A stretch of DNA of 64,000 nt. Source: a virus. A program made the position numbers and the translations under genes. The notes beneath the pieces were generated by a model. That model was not told the origin of the DNA, did no database searches, and worked only from the letters and a program-made list of their open reading frames with translations. This document shows, piece by piece, positions 17,587 to 27,150 of the stretch. The stretch's first letter is position 1; each line of letters opens with the position of its first letter. The stretch spans positions 64,001 to 128,000 of IMG/VR virus record IMGVR_UViG_3300005573_001166; one strand, 5' to 3'.

Positions 17587-18795
17587 ATGAGATTAGGTAT
17601 TATCGCCCCCCTAATATTCGGCAGCTCTGGATACGCTAGAGCAGGTAGGCAGATAATGTTCGGATTATCTGATTTGGGGATAGATATTCAGTTATACGGT
17701 ATAAACCCTCGAGTATCAGATACCACTATATCAAAGGAAGAGCTAGATAGAGTGCGTTCTTTCACCTCCTTTACACAACCTCCCGATATATGGTTCAACT
17801 TAGCCCCCCAATGTTTATTTTCTTATACAAAAGAGCATACAGGATACAAAATAGGGATGTCTATGTTCGAAACCCTTCATAACCCTCCTTCTTTCACAGA
17901 AAAGTGTGCTATGTGCGATGAGATATGGGTACCTTCGCACTTTAATTTCTACACCTTTAACGAGTCAAGCAAAGTGCCGAAAGAGAAATTAGCTTATATG
18001 CCGTTGGGGGTAGATACCAATATTTACTCACCTAGGGAGTCCAAATATAAGATAACAGATAACCTAAATACCGAGTTTGACTTTGTATATGGTATTATTT
18101 GTGGATATTCTGCTAGAAAAGGGGTAGATTTAGTTCTTACGGCACACCATGAGCTTTTTAGTACAGACAGTAGGGTAGCTTTATTTGTTAAGGGAGACGG
18201 GTATGGGGCTAGGTTATTCCCTAAAGATATTGCATCTCTCTATGCAGGGCAAACTATTATAAGGGACAGCAATGTATGTGATAGAAGTAAAATACTAAAG
18301 AATAAGCCTCCTGTATTATACAGCTTTGAATCGTATCCTGATTCTGAGATAGTTGAGATTCTATTGTCTTTAGATGCTTTTGTTTTTCCTAGCAGGGGGG
18401 AGGGGTTTGGATTACCACCGTTAGAAGCTATGAGTTGTGCTTTACCTGTGATAGGAACTGCCGCTACGGGTATGAAGGAATTTATGCTGCCCAGTATTTC
18501 TTATCCTGTAAAATCTAACGGTTTCAAGCCTGAGCCTAGATGCGACTGGATAACTACTCAATACAAAGGCAACTTATTTGCAGATCCTGATTATATATCA
18601 TACAGAGATGCTGTTTGGGATGTATATACAAACCGAAAGAAAGCTAAAGCTAAGGGAGTTAAGGCTAGAGAGTTTGTAGTAAAGCATTATGATTATAAAA
18701 TAGTAACTACCAGAATGAAGAGAAGGTTAGAGGAGATTTTATCTGGTAAAACTAGTACAGAAGGTTTTTGGCCGGATGGAGGAGGTGGAATATGA
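17587..18795 (+). CDS. Glycosyltransferase, GT4 (GT-B)
   Basis: SSGYARA N-terminal motif, RKGVDL, FVFPSRGEGFGLPPLEAMSC. Confidence 0.9.
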   Translation: MRLGIIAPLIFGSSGYARAGRQIMFGLSDLGIDIQLYGINPRVSDTTISKEELDRVRSFTSFTQPPDIWFNLAPQCLFSYTKEHTGYKIGMSMFETLHNPPSFTEKCAMCDEIWVPSHFNFYTFNESSKVPKEKLAYMPLGVDTNIYSPRESKYKITDNLNTEFDFVYGIICGYSARKGVDLVLTAHHELFSTDSRVALFVKGDGYGARLFPKDIASLYAGQTIIRDSNVCDRSKILKNKPPVLYSFESYPDSEIVEILLSLDAFVFPSRGEGFGLPPLEAMSCALPVIGTAATGMKEFMLPSISYPVKSNGFKPEPRCDWITTQYKGNLFADPDYISYRDAVWDVYTNRKKAKAKGVKAREFVVKHYDYKIVTTRMKRRLEEILSGKTSTEGFWPDGGGGI

Positions 18796-19061
18796 AGATT
18801 TACAACATAACCCCTAGCGGCACAAAAGTTGTAATTCCGGACCTTAATATCACACTGTTGCCTGGGGATGCAGTAGAAATATCCCTTGAAGATCTTGGGT
18901 CACCTGCACTACAAAGAGCTATAAAAGCTAAAGTAGTAGCGGTAAAAGACTTTGGACTTAGTACTATTAAAACTGTCCCCAGTAACCGTATTACGTTACA
19001 AAGCATAGAACCTGTATTGTCTAACGTAAGAGCGGCTGTTTTAGTTAGGAGGGAAGTATGA
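18792..19061 (+). CDS. Small protein, N-x-T..DL family (start revised to ATG 18792)
   Basis: GGAGGT RBS and ATGA overlap; IYNITPSGTKVVIPDLNITLLPGDAVEI...SPALQRAIKAKVV. Confidence 0.6.
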   Translation: MKIYNITPSGTKVVIPDLNITLLPGDAVEISLEDLGSPALQRAIKAKVVAVKDFGLSTIKTVPSNRITLQSIEPVLSNVRAAVLVRREV

Positions 19062-20152
19062 AGATAGGTATATATTCACCTTATGTGTTTAGTCAAGTTA
19101 CAGGTAGAGCTAAAGTTAGTAGGTTACTAGCTTTAACTTTAGAGAAAGTGGGGATGGAGGTCAGGTTGCTAAATGCAAAACCCTCTACTTCTGACAATAC
19201 TTTAAGTGGGGAGGATTATAACCTTTTAGTGGACTTTACTAAAAGAGATTTCACTCCGGATGTTATTATAAGTTTTGTGCCTCTGGAGGAGGAGTATACT
19301 TGTAAAAAGGTAGGTATCTTATGCGATTTGTTCAATTCTGTTCCCCCTTCTTTTAATGCAGATCTGTGGGATGAGATATGGATACCTTCTAAAGCAACGT
19401 ATACAATGTTAACCAAGTCTAAAAAGCAATTAGCTGATAAAGCCCACTGGGTACCTTTTGGAATAGATACTGATGTTTTCAAACCGGGTGAAAAGATTAT
19501 AAGTATTAGCGATGAACTGAGCACCAAATTTGACTTTATATATGGATTTATAGGGGAGTATAATCCGAGAAAAGGCATAGATGTTTTGCTTCAAGCTCAT
19601 TACGACATGTTTGACTCTAACAGCTCTGTAGCCCTCTTTATAAAAGGAGATATGCGAGGAGCGAAGTATTTGCTGAAAGATACCCAACTTATTGAAAGTA
19701 ACATGCAAAAGAAAGAGTTCCCAATTATAGTTTACAGCTTTAACGCTTTTAAAGATACAGAGCTTGCTGCTATTTACAGAGCTATAGACTTATTTGTTAC
19801 TCTTACTAGAGGGGAGTGGTTTGGGCTGTCTGTTTTAGAGGCTATGAGTTGTGGGGTGCCTGTTGTAGCTACTTTAACCTCTGCTTTAAAAGATTTCAAG
19901 GAGCACATTTTTCCTGTTAAAACTGTTACTAACAGCAAATTACTAGACTCCCTTGATGGTCGATATGAAGGCTCTTTATTCTCGGAGCCGGATATAGAAC
20001 ACTACAAAAGGCTGGTTTTAGACATATATAACAAGGAGATAGATACAAGTGGCAAGGTTCAGAGTGCTAGAGAGTTTGTAGTAGATAACTACAGCTTATC
20101 TGCTTTCTCTAAAAACATCGAAAATAGATTAGAAACTCTACTAGGGGCATAA
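19058..20152 (+). CDS. Glycosyltransferase, GT4; paralog of 17587..18795
   Basis: RKGIDVL, TRGEWFGLSVLEAMSCGVPV; shared FDF.YG...VALF.KGD segments. Confidence 0.88.
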   Translation: MKIGIYSPYVFSQVTGRAKVSRLLALTLEKVGMEVRLLNAKPSTSDNTLSGEDYNLLVDFTKRDFTPDVIISFVPLEEEYTCKKVGILCDLFNSVPPSFNADLWDEIWIPSKATYTMLTKSKKQLADKAHWVPFGIDTDVFKPGEKIISISDELSTKFDFIYGFIGEYNPRKGIDVLLQAHYDMFDSNSSVALFIKGDMRGAKYLLKDTQLIESNMQKKEFPIIVYSFNAFKDTELAAIYRAIDLFVTLTRGEWFGLSVLEAMSCGVPVVATLTSALKDFKEHIFPVKTVTNSKLLDSLDGRYEGSLFSEPDIEHYKRLVLDIYNKEIDTSGKVQSAREFVVDNYSLSAFSKNIENRLETLLGA

Positions 20153-20153
20153 A

Positions 20154-21851
20154 ATGCACTTTCTATATATATCCGAGAGCCCCCATCCTTCTTTTGGGGG
20201 AGCATCTAAATGTATATACACTTTATTCTCCTACTTAACTAAATACAACCATCGTTGTACTACTATAGGCCCTGGAGGCGACAGTACCTTTGTATATAAA
20301 GACGTCAAAGTAATACACTCTTCTAATATTTACAATACCCTCTTATCTGTATTACAGGAAGACCCCCCAGATATAGTTATTACCCAACTTACAGGTGCTG
20401 ATACAGTACAAAGAACTTTACCTTCCCACATTCCCTTAATTTTAAGAATTCCTTCCTTTGAATTTATATGCAACGATCCTATCAAAATGGGAGACTGCTC
20501 CTTTCCCTGTTTACAGGGCAGTCCTTGTGCAGTTAAGGGAGCACATTTTGACCTATTCAAAAAGACTGCAGTAATAGGTTGCAGCGATTTCGTCAGTAAC
20601 ATAGTACAGAAAATATATAATGTTCCCTGTACTACTGTATATCCTTTCATAGACATACAGGAACATTTAGTAGAAAGTACAGGCAATTGCATAACAATGG
20701 TACAGGGGACTCCGTTAAAAGGGGTAGAACTGTTTTTAGATATTGCTACTAAATGCCCCGAATATCACTACTTGATAGTGGGTTTTACTAGTGTTTCTAA
20801 ATTTCCTACCAATGTAGAACATGTTCCTCCTACAGAGAACATGAAACAGGTATGGCAGAGAACAAAAGTACTACTGATTCCTTCTTTAGTTCAAGAGGCT
20901 TTTGGTAGGGTAGCTGTAGAGGCAGCTATTAACGGCATACCTGTAATAGCTTCAAATAAAGGCGGTTTGCCGGAAGCAGTTTCTCGTCCCTTCTGTTTAC
21001 CAGCTCGTCAATCTGAGTTATGGATATCAGAGTTGAAGCAATTGATGGAAAACGACGTATATTACGGTATAAGGTCTACTCAAGCTAAGGAATACGCTTC
21101 TAGATTTAGCCTTGTAAGTCAAGTCTCTAAATTTTTGCAAATAGCTTATACTTTTAAATATCCAGATTTACCTCCTACAAACACGAGCACTAAAGTAAGC
21201 ATCATAACATCTGTATATAAAGCTGGAGATTTTCTAGAGAAATATTTCAATTGGATATGCTCTCAAACATATAAAAATCTAGAGATCGTTTTAATATTGA
21301 ATGATCCTAGTGAACGAGAGTTATCTATTGTAGGTAAATATGTAGATAAATTAGAGATGCAGGTGGTTCAAGTGCCTTTAGAGCCTGTAACTGAGTCCTA
21401 CAATAGAGCATATAAGATAGCATCTGGAGATATACTGCTAGTAGCCAGCGTAGATGATACTTTGAGAGAAGATGCAATACATAGGTATGTCTATACTTTT
21501 GAAACTACAGCTGCAGATGTAGTATACTGCGATCATGTTAGGGTAACTAGTGAAGGTAGTATACCGGCCCCAAAAGTGGATTTTAACATAAACACTCTTA
21601 AGCAATTCTTTTATTTAGGCCCACATGTTGCAATACATCGCCGTATAGTAGAAAGTGGGGAATTTTTAAATACAGAATTTTTGTATGCTGCAGATTATGA
21701 ATACTATCTTAGGTTGGCTGTAAAAGGATATAAATTTGCAAGGATACCTATAGAGTTATCTACATATCTAGAACGGCCAGAGGCAATAACATATAGTTAC
21801 AGACAAGAACAAATAGATACTACTGAGAAAATAAAGAGGTTGTATGCTTAG
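20154..21851 (+). CDS. Bifunctional glycosyltransferase GT4 + GT2
   Basis: PSLVQEAFGRVAVEAAINGIPVIAS (GT4); VSIITSVY...SQTY.NLEIV...SVDD...AADYEYYLRL (GT2). Confidence 0.88.
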   Translation: MHFLYISESPHPSFGGASKCIYTLFSYLTKYNHRCTTIGPGGDSTFVYKDVKVIHSSNIYNTLLSVLQEDPPDIVITQLTGADTVQRTLPSHIPLILRIPSFEFICNDPIKMGDCSFPCLQGSPCAVKGAHFDLFKKTAVIGCSDFVSNIVQKIYNVPCTTVYPFIDIQEHLVESTGNCITMVQGTPLKGVELFLDIATKCPEYHYLIVGFTSVSKFPTNVEHVPPTENMKQVWQRTKVLLIPSLVQEAFGRVAVEAAINGIPVIASNKGGLPEAVSRPFCLPARQSELWISELKQLMENDVYYGIRSTQAKEYASRFSLVSQVSKFLQIAYTFKYPDLPPTNTSTKVSIITSVYKAGDFLEKYFNWICSQTYKNLEIVLILNDPSERELSIVGKYVDKLEMQVVQVPLEPVTESYNRAYKIASGDILLVASVDDTLREDAIHRYVYTFETTAADVVYCDHVRVTSEGSIPAPKVDFNINTLKQFFYLGPHVAIHRRIVESGEFLNTEFLYAADYEYYLRLAVKGYKFARIPIELSTYLERPEAITYSYRQEQIDTTEKIKRLYA

Positions 21852-22563
21852 CTGTATTATATTAGCAGGTGGTTTAGGTACTAGACTCTCTGCTCCTGTA
21901 CCTAAATGCGTAGTGCCTGTAAATAACAAACCTTTTCTTTTTTGGGTAATAAAAGGGTTACAGTACCAAGGAGTTGAAGATATTATTCTTTCTTTAGGGT
22001 ATAAGGCTGACTCTGTAATTTCTACAATGAAACCTATATTTGATGTAAGATATGTAGTAGAAAAAGAGCCTTTAGGTACTGGAGGAGCTATAAGGTATTG
22101 TTTAGAGTCTACTGCTACGGCAGATTCTGTCCTTATAGTAAACGGAGATTCCTTTGTCAGATTCAATTTAAAAGAACTGAAGAGAATATTCTCGGAGAAT
22201 ACAGGTGCTGTAGTAGCTTCTTATATGAATGATTGTAGTAGCTATGGGCGTATATCTATAGATGAGGATGGCCGTATTGTAGGCTTTATAGCAGGGGGAG
22301 GGAAAGAAGCGGGTATAATCAATGCAGGTATATGGCTGTTTGACAAACAGAAATTATTAGATTACATCCCTAAAGGTAAAGCATCTTTAGAATATGACGT
22401 ACTTCCCAATTTAATATCAAAAGAATCTTGTTTTGCATATACGGTAAAAGATCCTCTATTTGATATAGGCACTCCTGATAGGTTGAAAACGGCAGAATCT
22501 TTTTTTAAGAGTTTAGGAGGAGAGGATGGATTTCTCGAGTATATACGAGAAGTTATTTTATGA
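21844..22563 (+). CDS. hddC: D-glycero-alpha-D-manno-heptose 1-phosphate guanylyltransferase-like nucleotidyltransferase
   Basis: ILAGGLGTRL..PK, EKEPLGTGGAI, NGDS, INAGI, FDIGTPD; clustered with hddA/gmhA/gmhB homologs. Confidence 0.8.
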   Translation: MLSCIILAGGLGTRLSAPVPKCVVPVNNKPFLFWVIKGLQYQGVEDIILSLGYKADSVISTMKPIFDVRYVVEKEPLGTGGAIRYCLESTATADSVLIVNGDSFVRFNLKELKRIFSENTGAVVASYMNDCSSYGRISIDEDGRIVGFIAGGGKEAGIINAGIWLFDKQKLLDYIPKGKASLEYDVLPNLISKESCFAYTVKDPLFDIGTPDRLKTAESFFKSLGGEDGFLEYIREVIL

Positions 22564-23455
22564 CGCATATAGGATAAGGTTGGTAGAGGAAGAGATAATA
22601 AAATTGTTTCCTTACGATAAAATACAAAGCCCTGTGCATCTATCTATAGGACAAGAGCCTATAGCTGTAGGCCTTTGTAACAATTTGCAAAAAGAGGATC
22701 TCCTATTCTGTACTTACAGGTCCCATGCTTATTACCTAGCTAAGGGAGGAGACCTCAAAGAAATGTTTGCAGAGTTGTATGGAAAAACTACGGGTACTTG
22801 TTGTGGAAAAGCGGGATCTATGCACCTAGCAGATCCTAAAGTAAATATAATGGGAACTTCTGCTTTGGTAGCAAGTACTATACCTCATGCAGTAGGAGCG
22901 GGTTTAGCAGCTAAACTACTAGGTAAGGAGCATATAATAGTTTCTGTATTTGGAGATGGAGCTACAGAGGAGGGAGTATATCATGAGTCTTTAAACTTTG
23001 CTAGTTTACATAAGGTTCCTGTTTTATTTGTTTGCGAGGACAATGGATTTGCATGTTACACTCCTAAAAAATACAGACAAAGTTATAGTATATCAGCTCA
23101 AGCAGGGTTATACGGTATAACAACCTGGGAGATATATGAAGGATACGACTTATCAAAAGTTTACTCAATTTTTAGATCTGCTGTTTCAAGTGTAAAAGAA
23201 AATAGGCAACCTTGTTTTGTATGGTGTCGTACATATAGGTACAAAGAGCATGTAGGTATAAACGAAGACCACCACTTGCCTCCCAGAGACCCAACTGAGT
23301 ACAATATTTGGAAAAGTAGAGATTTTACAAACGATACAGAGTTGTGTTCAAAGTACAAAAGCAGTATATTACGAGAGATAGAGGGAGCTGTTTCTTTTGC
23401 AGAGCAAAGCCCCTACCCTACAAAAGCTGATTTATTTATACATGTAGGTGTCTAA
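22526..23455 (+). CDS. ThDP-dependent dehydrogenase E1 alpha-like subunit (sugar-modifying)
   Basis: HLSIGQE, YRSHA, GKAGSMH, FGDGATEEG...EDN, TYRYKEHVG. Confidence 0.88.
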   Translation: MDFSSIYEKLFYDAYRIRLVEEEIIKLFPYDKIQSPVHLSIGQEPIAVGLCNNLQKEDLLFCTYRSHAYYLAKGGDLKEMFAELYGKTTGTCCGKAGSMHLADPKVNIMGTSALVASTIPHAVGAGLAAKLLGKEHIIVSVFGDGATEEGVYHESLNFASLHKVPVLFVCEDNGFACYTPKKYRQSYSISAQAGLYGITTWEIYEGYDLSKVYSIFRSAVSSVKENRQPCFVWCRTYRYKEHVGINEDHHLPPRDPTEYNIWKSRDFTNDTELCSKYKSSILREIEGAVSFAEQSPYPTKADLFIHVGV

Positions 23456-23457
23456 AA

Positions 23458-23604
23458 ATGAAAGTATTTACTGTAACATTAATAACAACATTACTTGTGG
23501 TATATATAGTAATATGTTTTATAACTGCTTTTATTGCGTTCCTGTTTATAATTATAAGTCTTATTGTAAAAGGTATCCGTTACTTAAGGAGACGATTGTG
23601 GTAG
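23458..23604 (+). CDS. Unannotated 48-aa hydrophobic membrane peptide
   Basis: Manual translation MKVFTVTLITTLLVVYIVICFITAFIAFLFIIISLIVKGIRYLRRRLW*; AGGTG RBS upstream; fills the gap between E1 alpha and the true E1 beta start. Confidence 0.65.
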   Translation: MKVFTVTLITTLLVVYIVICFITAFIAFLFIIISLIVKGIRYLRRRLW

Positions 23605-24626
23605 TTACATATAGAGATGCTTTGCTGCAGGTAATGAATGACAGCTTAGAGAGGCCTAATACTATTATAATAGGCCAAGGAGTTTCAGATCCCAAAGGTA
23701 TATTTGGAACTACTTTAGGTTTGGCAGATAAATATGGATACGATAGGGTTATAGATGTTCCTTTATCAGAGGAATGTATAACAGGCGTTTGTATTGGAGC
23801 AGCATTAAACGGTATCTATCCCATTAACACTCATATTAGAGCTGATTTTGCGTTAGTAACTTTCAATCAGATCGTTAATTTAGCTGCTAAATACAGAGAT
23901 ACTTATCATGGTAACTTTGAACTACCTATGATGATAAGGATGGTAGTAGGGAGAAGCTGGGGACAGGGGGCACAACATTCTCAAAGCCCCCAAGCTCTCT
24001 TTGCTCATATACCCGGTCTAACTGTTTTCATGCCCTCAAATGCTCAAGCAGTACTAGATTGGTATACTTGGGCATTAGATTACAGAGATCCCGTCATCTT
24101 TATAGAGCATAGGCTTTTATACGATATACGGTTTGAAGTAAACAAACAACGTACTTCAAAGACCATACTAATGAGAGAGGGCAGAGATGTTACTATAGTA
24201 GCTACAAGTATTATGGTTTTAGAGACTATAAGGGCAGCTAAATATTTAGAACAATTTGGCATACATTGTGAAGTAATAGACTTAAATTGTATTTCTCACC
24301 CTGATTGGGAGTGTATTATAAGTAGCGTAGAGAAGACAGGCAGGTTATTGATTGCAGATACTAGTTGGAGGCCTTTTGGGGTATCTGCTGAAGTAGCTAG
24401 GGTTATAGGGGAAACGGATCCCGGTATACTAAAAGCTCCTATCAAAAGTGTAGGAATGCAGTTTGTTACATGTCCTACTGCTAAAGTACTAGAAGACGTT
24501 TTCTATCCTAGCCAGCATACACTTATAGATGACATTGCAACTTTAGTAATGGGAAGACACTCTATTCCTTTACCCACTGAGAGTTCTATGTCAGATACTT
24601 ATAAAAAATTCAAAGGTCCTTTTTGA
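23598..24626 (+). CDS. ThDP-dependent dehydrogenase E1 beta-like subunit (start revised to GTG 23598)
   Basis: AAGGAG RBS before GTG; TYRDAL, RVIDVPLSE, GQGAQHSQS, DPVIFIEHR, SVEKTGRLL. Confidence 0.88.
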   Translation: MVVTYRDALLQVMNDSLERPNTIIIGQGVSDPKGIFGTTLGLADKYGYDRVIDVPLSEECITGVCIGAALNGIYPINTHIRADFALVTFNQIVNLAAKYRDTYHGNFELPMMIRMVVGRSWGQGAQHSQSPQALFAHIPGLTVFMPSNAQAVLDWYTWALDYRDPVIFIEHRLLYDIRFEVNKQRTSKTILMREGRDVTIVATSIMVLETIRAAKYLEQFGIHCEVIDLNCISHPDWECIISSVEKTGRLLIADTSWRPFGVSAEVARVIGETDPGILKAPIKSVGMQFVTCPTAKVLEDVFYPSQHTLIDDIATLVMGRHSIPLPTESSMSDTYKKFKGPF

Positions 24627-24638
24627 GGAGGCAAAATT

Positions 24639-25607
24639 ATGCGGGTTTTAATTACAGGTATTGCAGGTATGGTAGGATCCCATTTAGCGGATTATATACT
24701 AGAAAATCATCCAGATGTAGAGGTTCATGGTATAATAACATGGGGTTCGTCTATCGAGAATATTAAGCATATTGCAGATAAAGTGGTGCTACATATAGGG
24801 GATTTAACTGATTTAGGTTCTGCTATTTCTACCGTTAAAGCTTCATTGCCAGACAGGATATTCCACCTAGCAGCACAATCGTATGTAATGAGTAGTTTTC
24901 AGATGCCTGCTGCTACTATAACGGCAAACGTTATAGGTACTTCAAATCTGCTAGAAGCTGTTAGGGTTACAGGTATACGACCTCGAATACACGTCTGTTC
25001 TAGCTCTGAAGTTTACGGGCAGGTTTCTATAAATGAGGTGCCTATAAAGGAAACTGCTCCTTTTAGACCTGCTTCTCCGTATGCGGTCTCTAAAGCAGCT
25101 GCAGATATGCTTGCATATCAATACTTTTTATCTTATAACATGGATATAATTAGGACGAGGATGTTTACGCATACAGGACCTAGAAGAGGAGATGTATTTG
25201 CGGAATCTGCCTTTGCCAAACAAATTGCGCTTGTAGAAGCAGGGAAACAGCCTAACCCGGTAAAAGTAGGCAATCTTAACAGCGTCAGAACTTTTCAGGA
25301 TGTAAGGGACGCGGTTAAAGCATACTGGATTTTACTAGAGAAATGTCCTGCAGGAGAGGTCTATAACATCGGAGGAAATACTACTGTTACTATAGGAGAG
25401 ATGTTAGAAATGTTAAAGTCTATGGCAAGATGTCCTATAGAGCATACAGTAGATCCTTCCTTACTTAGGCCTTCTGATGTTACAATGCAAATACCGGATT
25501 CTAGTAAATTCAAACAGGCTACCGGGTGGGAGCCTGAAATTCCTCTAGAGGTTACTTTAAGGGATCTTTTAAATTACCATAGAGATAAAGTTGCTAGACA
25601 GTTATAG
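24639..25607 (+). CDS. gmd: GDP-mannose/GDP-heptose 4,6-dehydratase
   Basis: ITGIAGMVGSHL, FHLAAQSYV, SSSEVYG, SPYAVSK, LLRPSDV. Confidence 0.85.
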   Translation: MRVLITGIAGMVGSHLADYILENHPDVEVHGIITWGSSIENIKHIADKVVLHIGDLTDLGSAISTVKASLPDRIFHLAAQSYVMSSFQMPAATITANVIGTSNLLEAVRVTGIRPRIHVCSSSEVYGQVSINEVPIKETAPFRPASPYAVSKAAADMLAYQYFLSYNMDIIRTRMFTHTGPRRGDVFAESAFAKQIALVEAGKQPNPVKVGNLNSVRTFQDVRDAVKAYWILLEKCPAGEVYNIGGNTTVTIGEMLEMLKSMARCPIEHTVDPSLLRPSDVTMQIPDSSKFKQATGWEPEIPLEVTLRDLLNYHRDKVARQL

Positions 25608-25618
25608 GAGAATAGGCG

Positions 25619-26626
25619 ATGATTATATCTAAAACTCCTTACAGAGTATCATTTATAGGCGGAGGAACAGACTACCCTACATGGTATAGGGAGCATAAAG
25701 GCGCAGTGATATCTACTACAATAGATAAGTATTGTTATGTTATTTGCAGGTATTTACCCTGTACTTTTCACAGCAGGCATGTAGTTGTTTGGTCTTATAT
25801 AGAGGCAGTGCAATCGATATCTGAAATTTTACATCCTGCAGTGAGGGCAGCCTTACAATATCTAGATTTTGACGATAGTAAGAGCATATCCATATATTAC
25901 CAAGGGGATCTACCAGCTAGGGCAGGAATGGGATCAAGTTCTACTTTTACGGTAGGTTTACTACATGCATTAACTAGACTAAAAGGGCAGTTCTTATCAA
26001 AAAGGGACCTAGCGCAAAAAGCAATATTTTTGGAACAAGATATTTTAAAAGAGAGTGTAGGATCCCAAGATCAGATAGCTGCTGCCTATGGGGGACTAAA
26101 TTTAATAGAACTTGCAGGCAACGATTTCTCTGTAATACCTCTAAACCTACCTTCTGATATCTACATTCAATTACAGAAAAATCTACTACTTTTTTATATA
26201 GGTTCGGGGCGTTTTGCTAATGTTATTGCTGCAGACATTGTAGCTAACATACCTAAGTCGTCGGACTTCTTACAAGAGCTTTATGGTTTAGTATATCAGG
26301 GAATAGACTTGTTAGAACAAGGTAACTTGGACGATTTTGGATACCTGTTACACCGAGGTTGGGAACTTAAAAAGGAGTTAAGTAAAAAAACCAGTAGTAG
26401 TTATATAGATAACATATACGAAACTGCTATAGGGGCAGGGGCATTGGGAGGCAAGTTGTTGGGTGCAGGAGGTACAGGGTTTATGCTTTTCTATGTTCCT
26501 GAGAAAAAGCAATCTAATGTTTTAAACGCTTTGCATTATTTTAACCATGTAAACTTCTCATTTGAGAAAGCGGGTACTCAGGTTATATTAGATACCTACA
26601 ACAATCCGCTATATGTTGATATGTAG
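25619..26626 (+). CDS. hddA: D-glycero-alpha-D-manno-heptose 7-phosphate kinase (GHMP family)
   Basis: [51 protein letters not shown]. Confidence 0.88.
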   Translation: MIISKTPYRVSFIGGGTDYPTWYREHKGAVISTTIDKYCYVICRYLPCTFHSRHVVVWSYIEAVQSISEILHPAVRAALQYLDFDDSKSISIYYQGDLPARAGMGSSSTFTVGLLHALTRLKGQFLSKRDLAQKAIFLEQDILKESVGSQDQIAAAYGGLNLIELAGNDFSVIPLNLPSDIYIQLQKNLLLFYIGSGRFANVIAADIVANIPKSSDFLQELYGLVYQGIDLLEQGNLDDFGYLLHRGWELKKELSKKTSSSYIDNIYETAIGAGALGGKLLGAGGTGFMLFYVPEKKQSNVLNALHYFNHVNFSFEKAGTQVILDTYNNPLYVDM

Positions 26627-26634
26627 GTGAAAGG

Positions 26635-27135
26635 ATGAATATACTATTTAAAACTGATTGGTTTACTATAGAGTCCGTTCCAATGCCTGACGGTCAACCT
26701 TTCTTCTGCCTTAAATGTAAGGATGCCGTAATAGTTCTTGCAATTACTACAGATGATAAAATAGTTATGGTAAAGCAATACAGGCCTACCTTAAACAGAT
26801 ATGCGCTGGAGTTACCTGCCGGAAGTATAGAGGAGGGGGAATCTCCTTTAGCAGCAGCTAAGAGGGAATTATATGAGGAAACAGGATTTATATGTAACCG
26901 ATATACCCTCTTGTATAAGGGTCTTACCTGGCAAAGTAGAACAAATATGACTTTCTCCTTATATTTAGGATTAGATACCCAGTTCGATCACAATTACAAA
27001 GCATCTGAAGATATACAAGTTGTACTAATAGATGTTACTGATGCCAAAAGATTGTTTTATGAAGGTATAGTAGATAACTTTATCTACTACACAGCTTTAA
27101 AACTAGCAGAAGAAAAATGTGGGATACGTTTTTAG
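26635..27135 (+). CDS. Nudix hydrolase (NDP-sugar/ADP-ribose pyrophosphatase-like)
   Basis: QYRP...ELPAG and Nudix box [22 protein letters not shown]. Confidence 0.9.
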   Translation: MNILFKTDWFTIESVPMPDGQPFFCLKCKDAVIVLAITTDDKIVMVKQYRPTLNRYALELPAGSIEEGESPLAAAKRELYEETGFICNRYTLLYKGLTWQSRTNMTFSLYLGLDTQFDHNYKASEDIQVVLIDVTDAKRLFYEGIVDNFIYYTALKLAEEKCGIRF

Positions 27136-27150
27136 AAAGGAGGGATTGTT

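Noticed and set aside
23448-23597. Cys/Asn/Tyr-rich N-terminal extension of E1 beta
   Set aside because: Family similarity begins at GTG 23598, which has its own RBS; the interval is better explained by the 48-aa ORF in another frame.
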